Assembly: GCF_006345805.1 (NCBI RefSeq)
Contig: NC_043014.1
Coordinates: 23,002,001-23,066,000, forward strand
Length of the DNA: 64,000 nt
Direction: 5' to 3'
DNA from: Octopus sinensis
Lineage: Eukaryota
The notes beneath the pieces were generated by a model. It made no database searches and was not told where the DNA came from. It saw only the letters and a list, made by a program, of their open reading frames with translations. The translations under genes were made by a program, and so were the position numbers. Of the stretch, positions 60,525-64,000 are shown in pieces; the first letter of the stretch is position 1; each line of letters begins with the position of its first letter.

Positions 60525-62670
60525 GACTGGTAGTCCACAACATAGACTGGTAGTTAGTGACTTCAGGATCAGGGCTAAATGGATGCTCAGAAGACGACCA
60601 GCAAGGAGAAGAAGGGTCTGGAGACTTAAAGATCCTGCAAATGGACAGAGATTTAGAGACATATTACTCAAAGTCTTTGATAAAATAGAAGGGGATATAG
60701 CTTCACATGGTATACAAGACAACTGGAGGTTCCTACGGGACAACCTGCTAAGGGCCACCGATCAGATCTGTGGATGGTGCAAAGTCCCCTCAAGACCCAA
60801 AATAATGTGGTGGTGGAACAATGTCGTTGACAAGGCCATTAGACAAAAGAAACAAGTTTGTAAGGACTGGAAGAACGGTGGTAGCAGGGAAGTATATCAG
60901 GCTGCCAGAAGGGAAGCTAGGAGGCAGGTTTATTTAGCCAGAGGGGAAGCAGATAAGAAAAAATTTGCCAATGTTCTGTGCCGTGAGGACCAAAGACTTG
61001 AGGTATTTTGTGTTGCAAGACAGTGTGTGAGAGAGAATCGTGATGTGGTAGGAGAGAAATGTGTTCGCATGGATGACGGTTCACTTGCACTAAATGAGGA
61101 TGCAAAGAGAGAGGTTTGGAGATGCCATTATGAAAGGTTGCTGAATAAAGAAAATGAATGGGAGAAAGAGAGTCTGCCGAATGTCGACCCAACAGAGGGA
61201 CCAGCTATCCGAGTTGACAGTACCTTGGTAGATAAGGCAATTAGAAGTATGAAGACAGGGAAAGCTCCAGGCCCATCAGGAATTACTGCAGAGATGCTCA
61301 AAATATCTGGCAGTGTTGGCTATAGCCTAGTCACCCGTATAGTTAACCAGGTGATGCATGAAGGAGTCATACCCAATGACAGGTGTAGTAGTATAATAGT
61401 CAACTGCTACAAAGGTAAAGGTGATGCTTTAGATACAAATAATTACAGAGGTATCAAGCTGTTGGATCAGATAATGAAAGTTACGGAGAGGGTCATAGCC
61501 CAACTGATTAGGAAGAGAGTCAGCTTGGATGAGAAGCATAGGTAGAAACTCTATAAGATGTACCCAGTGTAAGCTATGGACACATAAGAGGTGCAGTAAT
61601 ATCAAAGGAAGGCTAACTGGGAAGATAGTTTTTGTATGTGGCAGATGGTCGGGAGCAATAAACACCGAAATTGCGCAAAGACCAACTTCCACCACATTCC
61701 AGGGAGAAAAACTAGAGTGTAAGTACCTTGAGAGAAAAGTTGGACCTAAGAAGCATTAGATGTGGTGTGCAAGAGAGACGACTGTGCTGGTATGGTCATG
61801 TGGTGAGAATGGATGAGGATAGCTGTGTGAAAAAGTTCCACACCCTAGCGGTTGAGGGAACCTGTGGAAGAGGTGGACCCAGGAAAACCTGGGATGAAGT
61901 GGTGAAGCACGACCTTTGAACATTAGGCCTCACCAAGGAAATGACTAGCAACCAAGACTTTTGGAAATATGGTGTGCTTGAGAAGACCCGGCAAGCCAAA
62001 TGAGATCATAACCCATGGCCTATGCCAGGAGCAAAACCAGCCCGCTTATGCGTACCTTTTCCTTCTTTGGTCTCTAAACTCTGCTTGCGAAGACCTGTTG
62101 AGGCAAGTGAAATCAAAATCAAAATCAATGACTGGCATCCGTGCTAGCGTGGTGCAAAGAGCACCATACGAGTGTGATTGTTTGACAGAGCAGCTAACCA
62201 GCTTCCGTGCCAGTGGCACATAAAAGGGCACCATTCGAGTGTGATCGTTACCAGCGTTGCCTTACTGGCACTTGTGCTCATGCTAGTAGGGTGCCAAGAG
62301 CACCATCCGAGCGTGATCGTTGCCAGAGCGGATAACTGGCTTCTGTGCTCGTGGCACGTCGAAGGGCACCATTCGAGCGTGATTGTTACCAACGTCGCCT
62401 TACTGGCACCTGTGCCGGTGGCATGTGTAAAAAGATTTGAGCGAGGTCATTGCCAGTACCGCCTGACTGGCTCCCGTGCCAGCGGCACGTAAAAAGTACC
62501 CACTACACTCTTGGAGTGGTTGGCGTTAGGAAGGGCATCCAACTGTAGAAACTCTGCCAGATCAAGATTGGAGCCTGGTGCAGCCATCTGGTTTGTCAGC
62601 CCTCAGTCAAAATCGTCCAACCCATGCTAGCATGGAAAGCGGACGTTAAATGATGATGATGATGATGATG
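60525..62670 (+). mobile_element. RTE LINE with two internal deletions, repeat-containing 3' UTR and (GAT)n tail
   Basis: ORF 60583-61545 (WRCHYERLLN, MKTGKAPGPSG, KGKGDALDTNNYRGIKLL) jumps near 61533 to SIGRNSIRCTQCKLWTHKRCS, and near 61720 to LREKLDLRSIRCGVQERRL. Confidence 0.92.
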
Positions 62671-63766
62671 AACTTACCCCTTCCCACAAATTGCTGGCCT
62701 TGTTCCAAAATTGGAAATTAATATTATTGACATATTTATTATATTAATTCAAGGCTCGGAAGGTAACTGATAGGGATTCCAGGAATGAATGTTACACCAG
62801 ATTCTTCATTTTTTTTTTTTTTTACTTATTTACATGTACAAATATGAATGAAAGTGTGGGTAGTTGAATTTCCAGTTTGATATGAATATGATAAACATTT
62901 TCCCTGATATTCTCAAAAAGTTCTCTTTGCTTTCTAACAATTGTTCTCTTGCATCCTTTTTCTTTTTACCTTACCTCCTCGCTCTCCCTTTTAGATTTTT
63001 TTCTTACTGTTTGATAGATTTATGAGGGGCTCAAAAAGAAGGCAGGGTTGAAAGTAAAACAAGGATCTGTGTTTCTGCCTTCACTGATTTGGGATTTCGA
63101 AGGTGTTTCATCTTTCATAACAATAAAACGGTTTAACTAAAATCTCACTTTCTTGGATTCTAAGAAAGTCTTTTTCTTGGGATTCAGCTTCAAATTTTCT
63201 CTTCTCTCAGCTCCTTCCCGATTTTGCTGTCCCTTTTTGCTTTTTTTTAATTCATATTGTCAGCACCCCTAACCTCTTTCTCGTAGTAGTGAATCTGTGA
63301 GAGACAGGCTGGGAAAACCTGAAACTACGACCAACCAAACTAACTTATCAATTTTTACTTCCCCTTTTCTTCTTACTCTTTCTCTATCTCACTATTTTTT
63401 TCTTTTAATGATTAAGCCTCCCTCTCTCTCCACTCACACGCATACAGGCATATATATCATTTACATTCATTCACTCACGCACTAATTCATTTGCTTTCTC
63501 TCTCTCTCCCTCACTATAATATTCACATAAAACTATCAGTTATGTATATATATATTTCTTAATTTTTGACTTTCCTTTCGAAAATTTCTTCATTTCTCTT
63601 TCTTGTTTTCTTCCATAACTTTCGGGGGTGGGGGTTATTTTTGTTGTTTTATATATTTTATTTTGTTTTAATAATTTCTAATCCCATCCTCTCCTTATAT
63701 TTCATCTGATTTCTTGTTTTCGCTTTCTTTGAGTCTTATTTGTAAATTTCTTGACTTCCTTCCTCT

Positions 63767-63915
63767 CGCTCCCCCTTTCCTCTCTATTAGTTTTCTCCCT
63801 GTTTGTCTGCGCGTCAGTCTGTCTGTCTGCCGGACTGGCTGGCTGTCTGCCTCGCCTCTCGGCCCGGGGTCGGCCCCTCCCTCCTCATTCTATCTCACGC
63901 CAGGGTATCAGTGAG
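63767..63915. promoter_or_regulatory. Unique CpG/GC-rich patch; possible promoter or 5' UTR of a host gene
   Basis: About 9 CpGs in ~135 bp, CT-rich flank, GAG|GTATTT donor-like site at ~63915; no matching repeat elsewhere in the window. Confidence 0.3.
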
Positions 63916-64000
63916 GTATTTTTATTTTGACAAGGGAGAGAAAAGATCCAGGAGTGATACCTGATACTGAACTGCTGTTTTCCACACAGAAGAGAAGTAG

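Overview
AT-rich, repeat-saturated eukaryotic DNA. The SINE, RTE and microsatellite content looks like an octopus or other coleoid cephalopod genome (inference from recalled repeat sequences, no search run). No complete host gene, rRNA, true tRNA gene or CRISPR array is supported. The window holds fragments of RTE, R4/Dong and L1/Tx1 LINEs, Penelope-like elements (PLE), a Gypsy LTR element, Tigger/pogo and Chapaev3-like DNA transposons, a non-autonomous Helitron, tRNA-derived SINEs, MITEs and long (TA)n/(TG)n/(GAT)n tracts. Most interesting: (1) three predicted type-I hammerhead ribozymes. Two (2844-2970, 25918-26046) are homologous, PLE-linked and show a covarying long stem II. The third (31621-31681) lies in a 487-bp tandem-plus-inverted retrozyme-like unit. 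(2) A 1.9-kb ORF1-only (HAL1-like) retroelement with its own 17-bp TSD, inserted on the 5' junction of a Tx1-like LINE that itself sits inside a Helitron. (3) A 5'-truncated RTE whose 3' UTR has expanded into a ~3.3-kb hierarchical tandem array, splitting a Gypsy element at the gag/protease boundary. Most ORFs in the supplied track are microsatellite artefacts. Boundaries of old fragments are approximate.
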